A DNA stretch of 62,962 nt, the filler included, from Deltaproteobacteria bacterium (GTDB taxonomy: Bacteria > Myxococcota > JACRCW01), in assembly GCA_016218805.1 (NCBI GenBank). It is 3 parts of 3 records of this genome, joined end to end, with 100 filler letters (N's around TTAATTAATTAA, not from the genome) between each part and the next. Parts side by side here need not be neighbours in the genome. Positions count along the whole stretch, not along the records: positions 19,793 to 42,323 come from JACRCW010000011.1; 2 more parts are not named here. The stretch is one strand, 5' to 3'. Positions 23,835 through 33,145 of the stretch are shown here, one piece after another. The position numbers and the translations under genes were made by a program. Each line of letters begins with the position of its first letter. Positions within the stretch are counted from its first letter, which is position 1. The notes beneath the pieces were generated by a model. It was not told the origin of the DNA. It did not search any database and saw nothing but the letters and a program-made list of their open reading frames with translations.

Positions 23835-24553
23835 CCGCGCGCGTGATGCCTTCTGACGGGCTGGTGCAGGTGGACGCCGGGACGACGATGACCGCGCTGT
23901 TGGATGCCCTGGATGGCGCGTCCATGCACGTGGGCACGTGGGACGAGCGGTACGCCACCGTGGGGGACGCTCTGCGCGCGGGGGATCCCGTGCTGGTGCG
24001 CCACCTGGTCCAGGTGGAGGTCCGCTCCGCTTCGGGACGGCTGTCCGGTCCGGTGGCGCCGCGTGCGGCGGTGGGCCCGGACCTGGCGGTGTTCGCCGTG
24101 GGCGTGGAGAACGCGCTGGGCAGCATCCACCTGCGCGCCGAGGTCACGGCCGCGCACCTGGCGCGCGCGTTTGAACGGCTGGAGGACGCCGTGACCTGGC
24201 AGCGTGAGCTGGTGGAGCGCGGGTGCACGCTGGTGGCGCTGGAAGGCGCGCGGGTGCACGCCGCCGTGCCCCGCCGTGCGCTGGCGGCGGGCACCGAACC
24301 GGTGGCATCCGCGCGGACGCGCCGGCGCGTGGCGGCGTGGACCGTGGTGGGGTGGGAGGACGTCCTGGAGCGGGTGCGCGCCGCGGCGCCGGGTGTGCAG
24401 GTGCTGGCGCTGGACACGCACCGCGCGGCGCTGTCCGTGCTGGTCAACCCGGGACAGCCCGCCCCGCCCGCACCGTGGCCCGCGCCGGCCCCGCTGCCGG
24501 ACGCGTGGGCGCGCGCGCTGCGCCTGCCACCGCTGGAGGAACGCCGTGCTTGA
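23831..24553 (+). CDS. Degenerate FAD-binding subunit (GlcE-like)
   Basis: V.VDAG.T...L...L, ATVG, P..AVGPDL..F.VG.E..LG.I; ATGA overlap with the upstream gene. Confidence 0.6.
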   Translation: MTARVMPSDGLVQVDAGTTMTALLDALDGASMHVGTWDERYATVGDALRAGDPVLVRHLVQVEVRSASGRLSGPVAPRAAVGPDLAVFAVGVENALGSIHLRAEVTAAHLARAFERLEDAVTWQRELVERGCTLVALEGARVHAAVPRRALAAGTEPVASARTRRRVAAWTVVGWEDVLERVRAAAPGVQVLALDTHRAALSVLVNPGQPAPPAPWPAPAPLPDAWARALRLPPLEERRA

Positions 24554-25673
24554 GCAGATCGCCGAGCAGACCAGCCTGTGCGCGGCTTGTCCCAAGATGT
24601 GCCGCCACGCCTGTCCCGTCTCCAACGCGGAGCGGCGCGAGACCGTCACGCCGGCCCTGAAGATGACGGCGGTGGACCTGGCGCGGCGGGGGCGCCTGCC
24701 GCTGGATGAGGAACTGGCCGGCGTGGTGCACGCGTGCACGTCCTGCGGCGCGTGCTCGCAGTTCTGCAAGCTGGGCAACAACGTGGCCCAGGCGCTGGTG
24801 GACGCGCGCGTGCCGCTGGCGCACGCCGGCGTGAGCCGGGTGGCCCGGCAGGTGGCGGAGCGCATGGACCGGTTTGGCAACCCCACGGGGGCGGACCTGT
24901 CCAAGTTGCACCGCCAGCGCGTGCCCGCGCGGCCGGAGCGGGGCGCGCTGGTGTTGTGGCCCGGGTGCACCGCGCTGCGCCGCCTCCCGGAGCACGCCTC
25001 TGACGTGGTGGCCGCCCTGGAGCGCGCGCTGGGTCACGCGCTGGCGGTGGTGCCGCCGGACTCTGAGTCCGCCTGCTGCGGCTACCCCTTGTGGGCCGCG
25101 GGATTGCACGAGCGGTTCGCCGTCCAGGCGCGCCTGGTGACGCAGCACCTCAAGGACCGCGGTGCGTTGCTGACGTCGGACCCCGGCTGCGCGTGGACAT
25201 TCAACGTGCTGTACCCGCAATTCGGTTCCCCGCTGCAGCAGCCGGCGCGCCACGTGTCCCAGGTGCTGGCCGGCGTGGTGCTTCCGTCAACGTGGAAGGG
25301 TCCCGCGCCGCTGTACCATGACCCGTGTCACCTGGGCCGCCACCTGGGCGTGTATGACGATCCGCGCGCGGCCCTGCTCCGCGGGCTCAACGTGGAGCCG
25401 CGCGAGTTCACCTGGAACCGCGCGGTGTCCGAATGCTGCGGCGGTGGCGGGTTGTATCCCCACGCCAACCGCGCCGGTGCGGTGGCCGTGGCGCGCCGCC
25501 GCGTGCAGCATGAAGTGGACGAGCGGCAGCGGACCGGCGCGGAGACCGTCGTCACCGCGTGCCCGGGATGCGAGCTGATGTTCAGCCGCGCCGGCGTGCC
25601 CGCCCTGGACCTGGCGCGCGCGCTGCTGGGCAAGACGTCACCGGCACCGCGCACCGAGGGCGGTACCCGCTGA
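24546..25673 (+). CDS. Fe-S oxidoreductase with 4Fe-4S and CCG domains (GlcF/HdrD-like)
   Basis: CAACPKMCRHACP, CTSCGACSQFC, WPGC, CCG, YHDPCHLGR, CCGGGG, TACPGC; GTG start overlaps the upstream gene. Confidence 0.88.
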   Translation: MLEQIAEQTSLCAACPKMCRHACPVSNAERRETVTPALKMTAVDLARRGRLPLDEELAGVVHACTSCGACSQFCKLGNNVAQALVDARVPLAHAGVSRVARQVAERMDRFGNPTGADLSKLHRQRVPARPERGALVLWPGCTALRRLPEHASDVVAALERALGHALAVVPPDSESACCGYPLWAAGLHERFAVQARLVTQHLKDRGALLTSDPGCAWTFNVLYPQFGSPLQQPARHVSQVLAGVVLPSTWKGPAPLYHDPCHLGRHLGVYDDPRAALLRGLNVEPREFTWNRAVSECCGGGGLYPHANRAGAVAVARRRVQHEVDERQRTGAETVVTACPGCELMFSRAGVPALDLARALLGKTSPAPRTEGGTR

Positions 25674-25676
25674 CGC

Positions 25677-26732
25677 TCACTGGCTGACGCCGGCGTTCCA
25701 GTCCGCCAGCGCCTGCGCGTGCAGTGGGCCCACCACGGTGGTGTCGTCGACAATGACGCCAATCTCGCGGTTCTGGTCCATGGACGTGCGCGTGAAGTTC
25801 ACGCTGCCCGTGTAGGCCGCCACCGCGTCCACCACCACAAGCTTGGCGTGCAGCGTGGGATTGCGCAGGAAGCGCACCTGGAAGCCGCGGTTGCGCATCT
25901 CCTCGGCGTCCGCCTGGTTCTGCGTCACGTCGGTGGGATGCGCCAGCAGCACCTTCACGTCCACCCCCAGGTCCATGCGGTTCTTGAGCGCCAGGCGCAT
26001 GCCCTCGTCCGCGAAGACCTCCATGGAGACCAGGATCTCCGTCTGCGCCCGGTTGACCAGGTCCAGCAGCCGCGCGCGCGAATTGTTGGGGCTCACCACC
26101 AGCGTCCCGGTGACGTTGGGGTTGGCCGTGTTGTCCCAGTCCGAGTCAAACAGCGCCTTCATGTCCGCCACTTCCTGCGCCTGCTCCACGCGCACGGCGT
26201 ATTCGCGGTTGTCATTGAACCCGGCAAAGGACGGGTTCAGCGTCATGATGTACGCGCGCGCGTTGTCCACGACGACCGTCTTCTGGTGGAAGTTCACGAA
26301 CCGCGCGGGCGCGTTCTTCACCGTCACGCCGCGCCCCTGCAGGTAGTTGCGCGCGCTGGCGTTGGCCGCCTGGTCCGGGTCCAGCAGCACGCGCACCGCC
26401 ACCCCGCGCGCCCTGGCATTCCCAATGACCTGCTCCACGTCGTTGTCCGTCAGGATGTACGCCGCCACATCCAGCGTGCTGGACGCGCTGTTGATGGCGG
26501 ACGTGAGGAAACCATTGCCCGCGCTGGGCTCAATCCACAGTGACGTCACCGGCGTCACCACCAGGGGCGCGGGCGCTCCACTGCTGCTGCTGCTGCTGCC
26601 ACCGCTGCTGCTGCTGCCGGTGGCGCCCGCATCGTCAACAACGCCGGCGTCCCCCGGGCCGGTGGACGGCGGGGAACCGGTGCAGGCGGCCAGCGCCCAC
26701 GCGAGAAGTACCGGGGTGACCATCCAGCGCAC
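25677..26732 (-). CDS. Phospholipase D-superfamily lipoprotein (two HKD motifs)
   Basis: HQKTVVVD and HAKLVVVD...GSVN, NRE motifs; lipobox LAAC; AGGAGG before the GTG. Confidence 0.88.
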   Translation of the reverse strand: MRWMVTPVLLAWALAACTGSPPSTGPGDAGVVDDAGATGSSSSGGSSSSSSGAPAPLVVTPVTSLWIEPSAGNGFLTSAINSASSTLDVAAYILTDNDVEQVIGNARARGVAVRVLLDPDQAANASARNYLQGRGVTVKNAPARFVNFHQKTVVVDNARAYIMTLNPSFAGFNDNREYAVRVEQAQEVADMKALFDSDWDNTANPNVTGTLVVSPNNSRARLLDLVNRAQTEILVSMEVFADEGMRLALKNRMDLGVDVKVLLAHPTDVTQNQADAEEMRNRGFQVRFLRNPTLHAKLVVVDAVAAYTGSVNFTRTSMDQNREIGVIVDDTTVVGPLHAQALADWNAGVSQ

Positions 26733-26863
26733 TGCGTCCTCCTGCCGGCGGTGGGATGGCCGGGGGGCGCAGTCTGGCCCGGGCCCGCCGCAGATGCACT
26801 CGGTTGGGTGGCGCCGACCCCCGTTGTTGGTGCAGTGTTCACCCCCCGCTCCCGAGGTGACCC

Positions 26864-27772
26864 ATGGCAGCCCGCAAGCCCGCCGCACGCAGCAAAGCCG
26901 CCGCCAGGAAGTCCCCCGCCCGCGCCCGGCGGCCCGCGTCACCCAAGCGCAAGGCCGCACCGGCCGCCAAGACCGCCGCCCCGTCCCCCGTGGCCAGACA
27001 GGCCACCCGCGCCGGCTCACCGCCCACCGGCAGCGTGGGTGAAGATGCCGTGGAGCGGCTGGTGAACCAGTGGATGCGGCTGCCCAAGCACGCCGCGGAT
27101 TACGCCCGGCTCCCACGCACCACCCTGGAAGCGGAGGCCCGCAGCCTGCTGGAGGGGCGGGCCGATCTCGCCGGGTTTGCTGAGGCCAATACGCCCATCA
27201 AGGACGGCGCGTTTGACTACCTGGCCGTGCTGGTGCGCCTGATGGACCAGGAGCCGCGCCTGGAGATTGAGGACAAGGACGTGCCCCCGCCGGACACCGG
27301 CGTGGCCCACCAGGCCAGGGCGCGCGCGCTGGGCAGCCTGGAGCTGGTCCTGGCGCGCGCGGAAGCGTGCGGCCGGACCCTGCGCCTTTATGAGCTGGGC
27401 CGCCGCCCGTGGAGCCCGTCCGGTTTCATTGCGCAGCTGCTCCACGTGGTGCAGGCGGGCCGCCGGCGCGCGGAGAAGTGGGATGACCCCATCCACGCCA
27501 CCAAGCTGTTCTCCCTGCTGGAGCGGGACGCGCTTGCGCTGGAGCGCGCGTGGCACCTGCCGCCCATCGGCGCACCGGAGACGGACAGCGCCCTGCGCAC
27601 CATGGCGCTCGCGCGGCTGCTGTATGACGCCGTGGCCTACCTGGCCGCGTATGGCCGCGCCGTGTTCCCCCCGGGGGATTCCCGCCGGGAGCGCTACCTG
27701 CTGCACACGCTGTTTCCCCGCCGCGTGCGCAACGGGCTCGGGTCGCCGCTGTCCATGATCGCGGATCCCTGA
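26864..27772 (+). CDS. Hypothetical alpha-helical protein with a Lys/Ala-rich N-terminal tail
   Basis: GAGG RBS, host codon use, MAARKPAARSKAAARKSP tail; no known motif. Confidence 0.7.
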   Translation: MAARKPAARSKAAARKSPARARRPASPKRKAAPAAKTAAPSPVARQATRAGSPPTGSVGEDAVERLVNQWMRLPKHAADYARLPRTTLEAEARSLLEGRADLAGFAEANTPIKDGAFDYLAVLVRLMDQEPRLEIEDKDVPPPDTGVAHQARARALGSLELVLARAEACGRTLRLYELGRRPWSPSGFIAQLLHVVQAGRRRAEKWDDPIHATKLFSLLERDALALERAWHLPPIGAPETDSALRTMALARLLYDAVAYLAAYGRAVFPPGDSRRERYLLHTLFPRRVRNGLGSPLSMIADP

Positions 27773-27784
27773 GCAGCACCCCGC

Positions 27785-29140
27785 TCAGTGCTTGTCCTTC
27801 CACATGCGCGGCGAGTTCTCCACCGCCGCCTTCGCGCTGCCGTACTGGGCCACGCGGTCGTTCCAGCTCTGGAACTCCTTGTTCTTCGTCACGTCGTTCA
27901 TGGTGATGCACCCGTCCACCGGGCACACCAGGCTGCACAGGTTGCAGCCCGTGCATTCGTCCTCAGCCACGTAGGGGATGCGCGCCGCAGGGGGCGCGCC
28001 CACGCGCGCGCGGATCTTCTCCTCCTGCGCCACCAACGCCGCACTTCCCTCCTTGTGGAAGTGGATGCAGTCATGGCTGCCGTCGCGGCAGGCCACGTGG
28101 CACAGGTCGCAGCCAATGCACCGCAGCTCGTCAATGTGCGCAATGACCTTGTGGTTCATGTCCAGCTGGCCCCATTCGCTGAACGCGGGGACGGCCCGCC
28201 CAACCAGCTCCATGGCTGAGTTCATCCCCTTGTCCTTCAGGAACAGGCTGAGCCCATCAATCATGTCCTCCACAATGCGGAAGCCGTAGTGCATCACCGC
28301 GGTGCACACCTGCACGCTGGTGGCGCCCAGCGCCATGAACTCCGCCGCATCCCGCCAGTTGCTGATGCCGCCAATGCCGCTGATGGGCAGCCGCACCTGC
28401 GCGTCCTGCGCCAGTTGCGCCACCATGTGCATGGCAATGGGCTTCACCGCCGGGCCGCAGTAGCCGCCGTTGGTGCTCTTGGTTCCCACCACGGGGTAGG
28501 GGACCATCTTGTCCAGGTCCACGCCAATGATGCTCTTGATGGTGTTGATGAGGCTCAGGCCATCCGCCTTGGCCCGCGCCGCCGCGCGCCCGGGCACGCG
28601 GACGTCCGTGATGTTGGGTGTCAGCTTCACCAGCACCGGCGTCCGGGCAAACTCCTTGGTCCACCCGGTGATCTCCTCCAGCACGCGCGGCTCCTGGCCC
28701 ACCGCGCTGCCCATTCCGCGTTCGCACATGCCGTGCGGACAGCCAAAGTTCAGCTCCAGCCCGTCGCAGCCGGTGTCCTCGGAGCGCTTGATGATGTCGC
28801 GCCATTCGTCCCGCGTCTCCACCATCAGGGACACCACCACCGCGTGGTGGGGGTAGCGCTTCTTCACCTCCGTGATCTCCCGGAGGTTCACCTCCAGCGG
28901 CCGGTCCGTGATGAGCTCAATGTTGTTGAACCCCACCACCTTGGACCCGCCCACATCCAGCGCGCCAAACCGGGACGTCACGTTGACAATCTGGTCCCCC
29001 AGCGTCTTCCACACCGCGCCGCCCCAGCCGTGGTCAAACGCGCGCATCACCTGGTCCCCCGTGTTGGCGGGCGGCGCCGAGGCCAGCCAGAAGGGGTTGG
29101 GGCTCTTGATGCCGGCGAGGTTGATGGAAAGGTCAACCAT
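27785..29140 (-). CDS. preA: Dihydropyrimidine dehydrogenase subunit PreA
   Basis: PNPFWLASAPP, GWGGAVWKT, NNIELI, ELNFGCPHGM, KLTPNITD, INTI, GGYCG.AVKPIA, plus two C-terminal 4Fe-4S motifs. Confidence 0.95.
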   Translation of the reverse strand: MVDLSINLAGIKSPNPFWLASAPPANTGDQVMRAFDHGWGGAVWKTLGDQIVNVTSRFGALDVGGSKVVGFNNIELITDRPLEVNLREITEVKKRYPHHAVVVSLMVETRDEWRDIIKRSEDTGCDGLELNFGCPHGMCERGMGSAVGQEPRVLEEITGWTKEFARTPVLVKLTPNITDVRVPGRAAARAKADGLSLINTIKSIIGVDLDKMVPYPVVGTKSTNGGYCGPAVKPIAMHMVAQLAQDAQVRLPISGIGGISNWRDAAEFMALGATSVQVCTAVMHYGFRIVEDMIDGLSLFLKDKGMNSAMELVGRAVPAFSEWGQLDMNHKVIAHIDELRCIGCDLCHVACRDGSHDCIHFHKEGSAALVAQEEKIRARVGAPPAARIPYVAEDECTGCNLCSLVCPVDGCITMNDVTKNKEFQSWNDRVAQYGSAKAAVENSPRMWKDKH

Positions 29141-29486
29141 GGGAACTCCCGTTGGGCGTGTCGGTGGGTGGAGCGTTCTTGTCGTCGTCTTTGTCGTCGT
29201 CCGGGAACAGGTCCCGCGCTTCCACGTAGTCACGGCTGTAGCGCGCCGGCGCGGTCTCCTGGCGGAACTTGATGAAAATGGCCAGCGCGCGGGCTGCCAT
29301 GTAGAACGCCAGCAGCCACGTCAGCAGCTCCATGGAACCGCGCGTGCGCCCGTCCAGGTAGACCCACGCCGGAATGGCAAACGCAAACGCCAGGTACACG
29401 GCAATCTGCACGTACCTGAACGTGCGGCGGCCCCGGGAGATCCCCGGGGTGTCGTCGTCACCGGTGCGCCGCGCTGCTGCGTTCAT
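29133..29486 (-). CDS. Small 2-TM membrane protein inside the preT-preA operon
   Basis: ATG overlaps the preT stop (TGATG), and its stop overlaps the preA start; two hydrophobic helices. Confidence 0.7.
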   Translation of the reverse strand: MNAAARRTGDDDTPGISRGRRTFRYVQIAVYLAFAFAIPAWVYLDGRTRGSMELLTWLLAFYMAARALAIFIKFRQETAPARYSRDYVEARDLFPDDDKDDDKNAPPTDTPNGSSHG

Positions 29487-30841
29487 CAGGCGCCCGTCAG
29501 CATCCGGTCCATGGCCAGGGCGGCGCGCTTGCCTTCGGCGGTGGCGTTCACCACCTCCTTGCCGCCGTTGGCCACGTCCCCGCCCGCAAACACCTTGGCG
29601 TTGCCCGTGGCCCCCGTGTCCGGGTCCACCACCACGTGACCATCCCGGAAATCCACGCCGGCAAATGCGGTGCACAGGTCCTTGAGCGTCCCCTGGCCCA
29701 CCGCCATGGCCACCAGCTCGCACGGCACGTCGGCTTCGCTCCCGGGCACGTTGCGCAGCCGCCCGTCCTCCAGGCGCGTGCGCGCCAGCGTGAGGGAACT
29801 GACCTTGCCCTCGCCGTTGAAGCGGACCGGCACGTGCCAGTGCAGGAACCGGACGCCGTCATGGCGGGCCCCGTCCTGTTCGTGCGCGTACGCGCTCATG
29901 TGCTCCGGGCCGCGGCGGTAGACCATGGTGACCTCCGGTACGCCCAGGCCGCGCAGCTCCCGCGCCACGTCAATGGCCGTATTCCCTCCGCCCACCACGA
30001 CCGCGTGCGCCACGCCCTCAAACAGCGGCTGGCCGCGCGTCTTCACCTGGTCAATGAGCTCCACCGCGCCAATGATGCCCGCCAACTCCTCGCCGGGAAC
30101 GGCGAGCCGCCCGTCGGGACCCAGCCCCACGCCCAGGAACACCGCGTCGTACTCGGCCAGCAGGTCCTCCGGCTTCACGTCCTTGCCCACCGTGACGCCC
30201 GTCCGGAGTTCCACGCCCAGGCCCAGCACCATCTCTGCTTCCAGCAGGCCCACGTCCGCCTTCATCTTGTAGGGCGCCACGCCGTTGGTGTTGAGCCCGC
30301 CGGGCAGCGCGCGCTGCTCCAGGATCACGCACTGGTGCCCGCGCAGCGTCAGCTCCGCGGCGCATGCCAGTGACGCGGGACCCGCGCCCAGCAGCGCAAT
30401 CTTCTTCCCGGTGGACGCGCGCTTGTCCCCCAGCAACGACGCCACGGCGTTCTTGGCGTACGCCGCCTCCATGGCAAACTGCTGCAGCCGCCCGATGTGG
30501 ATGGGCGGCTGGCTGCCGTCGCGGTGGTTGTAGACGCACGCGCCTTCGCACAGCACTTGTGTGGGGCACACGCGCGCGCAGGACAGCGCGTTGATGTTGG
30601 CGGACAGGATGGTCCGGGCCGCTGCCAGCGTGTTCCCCGTGGAGATCTTCCGGATGAACGACGCAATGTCGATGCTCGTGGGGCACGCCTGCTGGCAGGG
30701 CGCGTCAAAGCAGTACAGGCAGCGCCGCGCCTCAAGGACCGCTTCGCGTTCCGTGAGGGATGGGTGGTGATCCTTGAAGCGCACCTCCGGGCGGTCGCCC
30801 GGAAGCTGGGACTGGAACGAGATCGTCGTCGTCACGTGCAT
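29486..30841 (-). CDS. preT: Dihydropyrimidine dehydrogenase subunit PreT (GltD-like)
   Basis: EARRCLYC.DAPC..ACP, CARVCP...LCE.AC, GAGPA, GGGNTAID, VYRR, AGGD; upstream of preA. Confidence 0.92.
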   Translation of the reverse strand: MHVTTTISFQSQLPGDRPEVRFKDHHPSLTEREAVLEARRCLYCFDAPCQQACPTSIDIASFIRKISTGNTLAAARTILSANINALSCARVCPTQVLCEGACVYNHRDGSQPPIHIGRLQQFAMEAAYAKNAVASLLGDKRASTGKKIALLGAGPASLACAAELTLRGHQCVILEQRALPGGLNTNGVAPYKMKADVGLLEAEMVLGLGVELRTGVTVGKDVKPEDLLAEYDAVFLGVGLGPDGRLAVPGEELAGIIGAVELIDQVKTRGQPLFEGVAHAVVVGGGNTAIDVARELRGLGVPEVTMVYRRGPEHMSAYAHEQDGARHDGVRFLHWHVPVRFNGEGKVSSLTLARTRLEDGRLRNVPGSEADVPCELVAMAVGQGTLKDLCTAFAGVDFRDGHVVVDPDTGATGNAKVFAGGDVANGGKEVVNATAEGKRAALAMDRMLTGA

Positions 30842-30889
30842 CCCCGCGGCGGCGCGGGACGGGTGTGCCCGCGCTGCGGTGTGTGGAGG

Positions 30890-31468
30890 TCAGTTGTCTT
30901 CGCGGCAGAACGGGATCTTGTCCGGCTCCACGGTAGCGTCGCACTTGGGCTTGTCGGACGGGCAGTCCTTGTCCTCGGTGCATTCCACGCAGACTCCCAG
31001 GTCGGGGTGGCACTTGCCGGGCAGGCACGTGAAGGCGACCTGGTCGTTGCACGCGGGGTGATCCGAGATGTGCTTGCAGTACGGCAACCCATCCCCGCCT
31101 TCGTTCACCGGCACGGGCGGCATGCATTTGGGGCGGTCCCAGGGATCGGTGGCCAGGCAGTCCAGGTCGTTCCAGCACTCCGCGCACACGGGGCCAACAA
31201 TGGGGTCGTCCGGCATCCGCACAGGGATGTCGTCACCGCCGCTGGTGTTGGGCTGGGTGCGGTTGAGGTCCGCCGGGTCGTTCTCCTTGCACTCGCGGCC
31301 CTTGGGACACAGGCAGCGGCCCGGCGCGCACAGGAAATCTCCCGCAGGCCCGGTGGAGAGGCAGGCTTCGCCCGTGTTGCGGATGCCGCAGCCCAACGCT
31401 GACGCCAGCGCCATGCCCCACACCAGATTCACCGCGACACGCACCGTGCTACCCCGTTCCGCCGCCAT
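30890..31468 (-). CDS. Cys-rich putative lipoprotein
   Basis: ALGC lipobox and repeated C.EC..D.DC units; start uncertain (31468 or 31414). Confidence 0.65.
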   Translation of the reverse strand: MAAERGSTVRVAVNLVWGMALASALGCGIRNTGEACLSTGPAGDFLCAPGRCLCPKGRECKENDPADLNRTQPNTSGGDDIPVRMPDDPIVGPVCAECWNDLDCLATDPWDRPKCMPPVPVNEGGDGLPYCKHISDHPACNDQVAFTCLPGKCHPDLGVCVECTEDKDCPSDKPKCDATVEPDKIPFCREDN

Positions 31469-31601
31469 TGGGCCGTGGACGAACGCGCACCATACCGACG
31501 CACCTCGGCGGGCGGCAACCCCGCGGCGCCGTCCGGCGTCTGGCGGATGGTGCCCGGGTTGGGCCGCGGCGGTGCGTCCGTGCTAGCAGTGCGCGCCCTT
31601 C

Positions 31602-33059
31602 ATGGCCGTCCTGCGCTTCCTCTCTGGCTGTGCCACCGCCCTGTGGCGTGAGAACACCGGCAGCCCCACGTCGGTGCGCCGCTTCCAGCGTCGTCGGCTG
31701 GGCCGGTTGCTGGCCCACGCGGCGGCGCAGGTGCCGTTCTACCGGGACCTGTACGGCGGCCGCGTCCCCTCGCCGGACGAGATTGGCAGCCTGCCCGCCG
31801 TGACCAAGGCGGCGCTGATGGCCCGCTTTGACGACACGATCGCCGGCGGGCGGCTCAAGCTCGCGGACGTCGTCGCGTTTGGGCGGGACAAGCGCGTGGT
31901 GGGGCAGCAGCTCCACGGGGATGTCATTGTCAGCGTGACCAGCGGGACCACCGGGCAGGTGGGCTACTTCGTGTGTGACCGGCCCTCGTTTGAGGAGCTG
32001 CGCGGGACGCTGTTTGCGCGCGTTCTCAAGAACAAGCTGCTCAATCCGTTTGATGTGCTGCGGTTTGGCCCGTGGCGGCCCTACCGGATCGGGTTTGTGA
32101 CGGCCACGGGCGGGCACTTTGTCACCTACAACCTGAGCCTGCACACTCCGCTTGTTGCGCGGCTGGCCTATGAGGGGCGCGCGTTCAGCATCCTCACGCC
32201 CATGCCGCAGATGTGCCGCGAGCTGGAGGCGTACAAACCGCACTTTGTGCACGGCTACCCCACGTTCATGGAGGCGCTGGCGCACGAGCAACTGCAGGAC
32301 CGGCTCAACGTCACCCCCGAGGTGATCTCGCTGGGAAGCGAGCCCTTCACCGCCACCGCCAAGCAGGCGCTGGCGGCGGCGTTCCCGCGCACCCTCGTCG
32401 TGGAGAGCTACGGCACCACCGAGTGCGTGTCCCTGGCCAGCCAGTGCCGGCACGGGAAACTGCACATCAACGAGGACGTGTGCGTGCTGGAGAGCGTGGA
32501 CGCCACCGGCAAGCCCGTCCCCGACGGGACGCTGGGCGTGAAGGTGCTGCTCACCAACCTGGTCAACCGCCTGCAGCCCATCATCCGCTATGAGCTGGGT
32601 GACCAGGTGGTCATTGGCCCGCCGGACTGCGCGTGCAGGAGCCCGTTCCGCACGGTGCGCGTGCTGGGCCGAACGGACGACACGTTCTTCCTGCTGGGGC
32701 CGGACGGGCGCTACCACGCGCACACGCCCATCCCGTTTGAGACGCTGTTTCTCGACGTGGAAGGCCTCATGCAGTACCAGCTGGTGCACGAAGCCCAGAA
32801 CCGGTTGCGCGTGTACTTCACGCGGGACCCGCGCGCGGACGCCGCCGCGCTGCGCGCGAAGATTGAAGCGGTGTTCCGGCACTACCTGGAACAGAACACG
32901 CTCACCGGCAGCGTGGAGGTGGCGTTTGAGGCGGTGGAGGAGATCCCGCGCGATCCCAACACCAAGAAGATCCGCCAGATCGTTTCGCGCGTGCCCATGC
33001 CCACCAACGCGGACGAGCTGTCCGGACCCTGGCGCATCAAAGGCCTGGGCAACGGCTGA
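31602..33059 (+). CDS. Phenylacetate-CoA ligase/CapK-like adenylating enzyme
   Basis: VPFYR.LY, LP.VTK, TSGTTG, GYPT, YGTTE, LLTNL.N..QPIIRYELGD, GRTDD. Confidence 0.88.
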   Translation: MAVLRFLSGCATALWRENTGSPTSVRRFQRRRLGRLLAHAAAQVPFYRDLYGGRVPSPDEIGSLPAVTKAALMARFDDTIAGGRLKLADVVAFGRDKRVVGQQLHGDVIVSVTSGTTGQVGYFVCDRPSFEELRGTLFARVLKNKLLNPFDVLRFGPWRPYRIGFVTATGGHFVTYNLSLHTPLVARLAYEGRAFSILTPMPQMCRELEAYKPHFVHGYPTFMEALAHEQLQDRLNVTPEVISLGSEPFTATAKQALAAAFPRTLVVESYGTTECVSLASQCRHGKLHINEDVCVLESVDATGKPVPDGTLGVKVLLTNLVNRLQPIIRYELGDQVVIGPPDCACRSPFRTVRVLGRTDDTFFLLGPDGRYHAHTPIPFETLFLDVEGLMQYQLVHEAQNRLRVYFTRDPRADAAALRAKIEAVFRHYLEQNTLTGSVEVAFEAVEEIPRDPNTKKIRQIVSRVPMPTNADELSGPWRIKGLGNG

Positions 33060-33145
33060 GGTGGCTCGCGTCGTCGCGGGCCATGCTGGACAGCGTCGGC
33101 AGGGCGGGTGAACATCCGCGGTTGGGGGCGCATTCCGGAGGCTTG

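Noticed and set aside
26581..26617. (CTG)n simple repeat as a phase-variation tract
   Set aside because: A triplet repeat encoding the poly-Ser linker of the PLD lipoprotein. Slippage would keep the frame.
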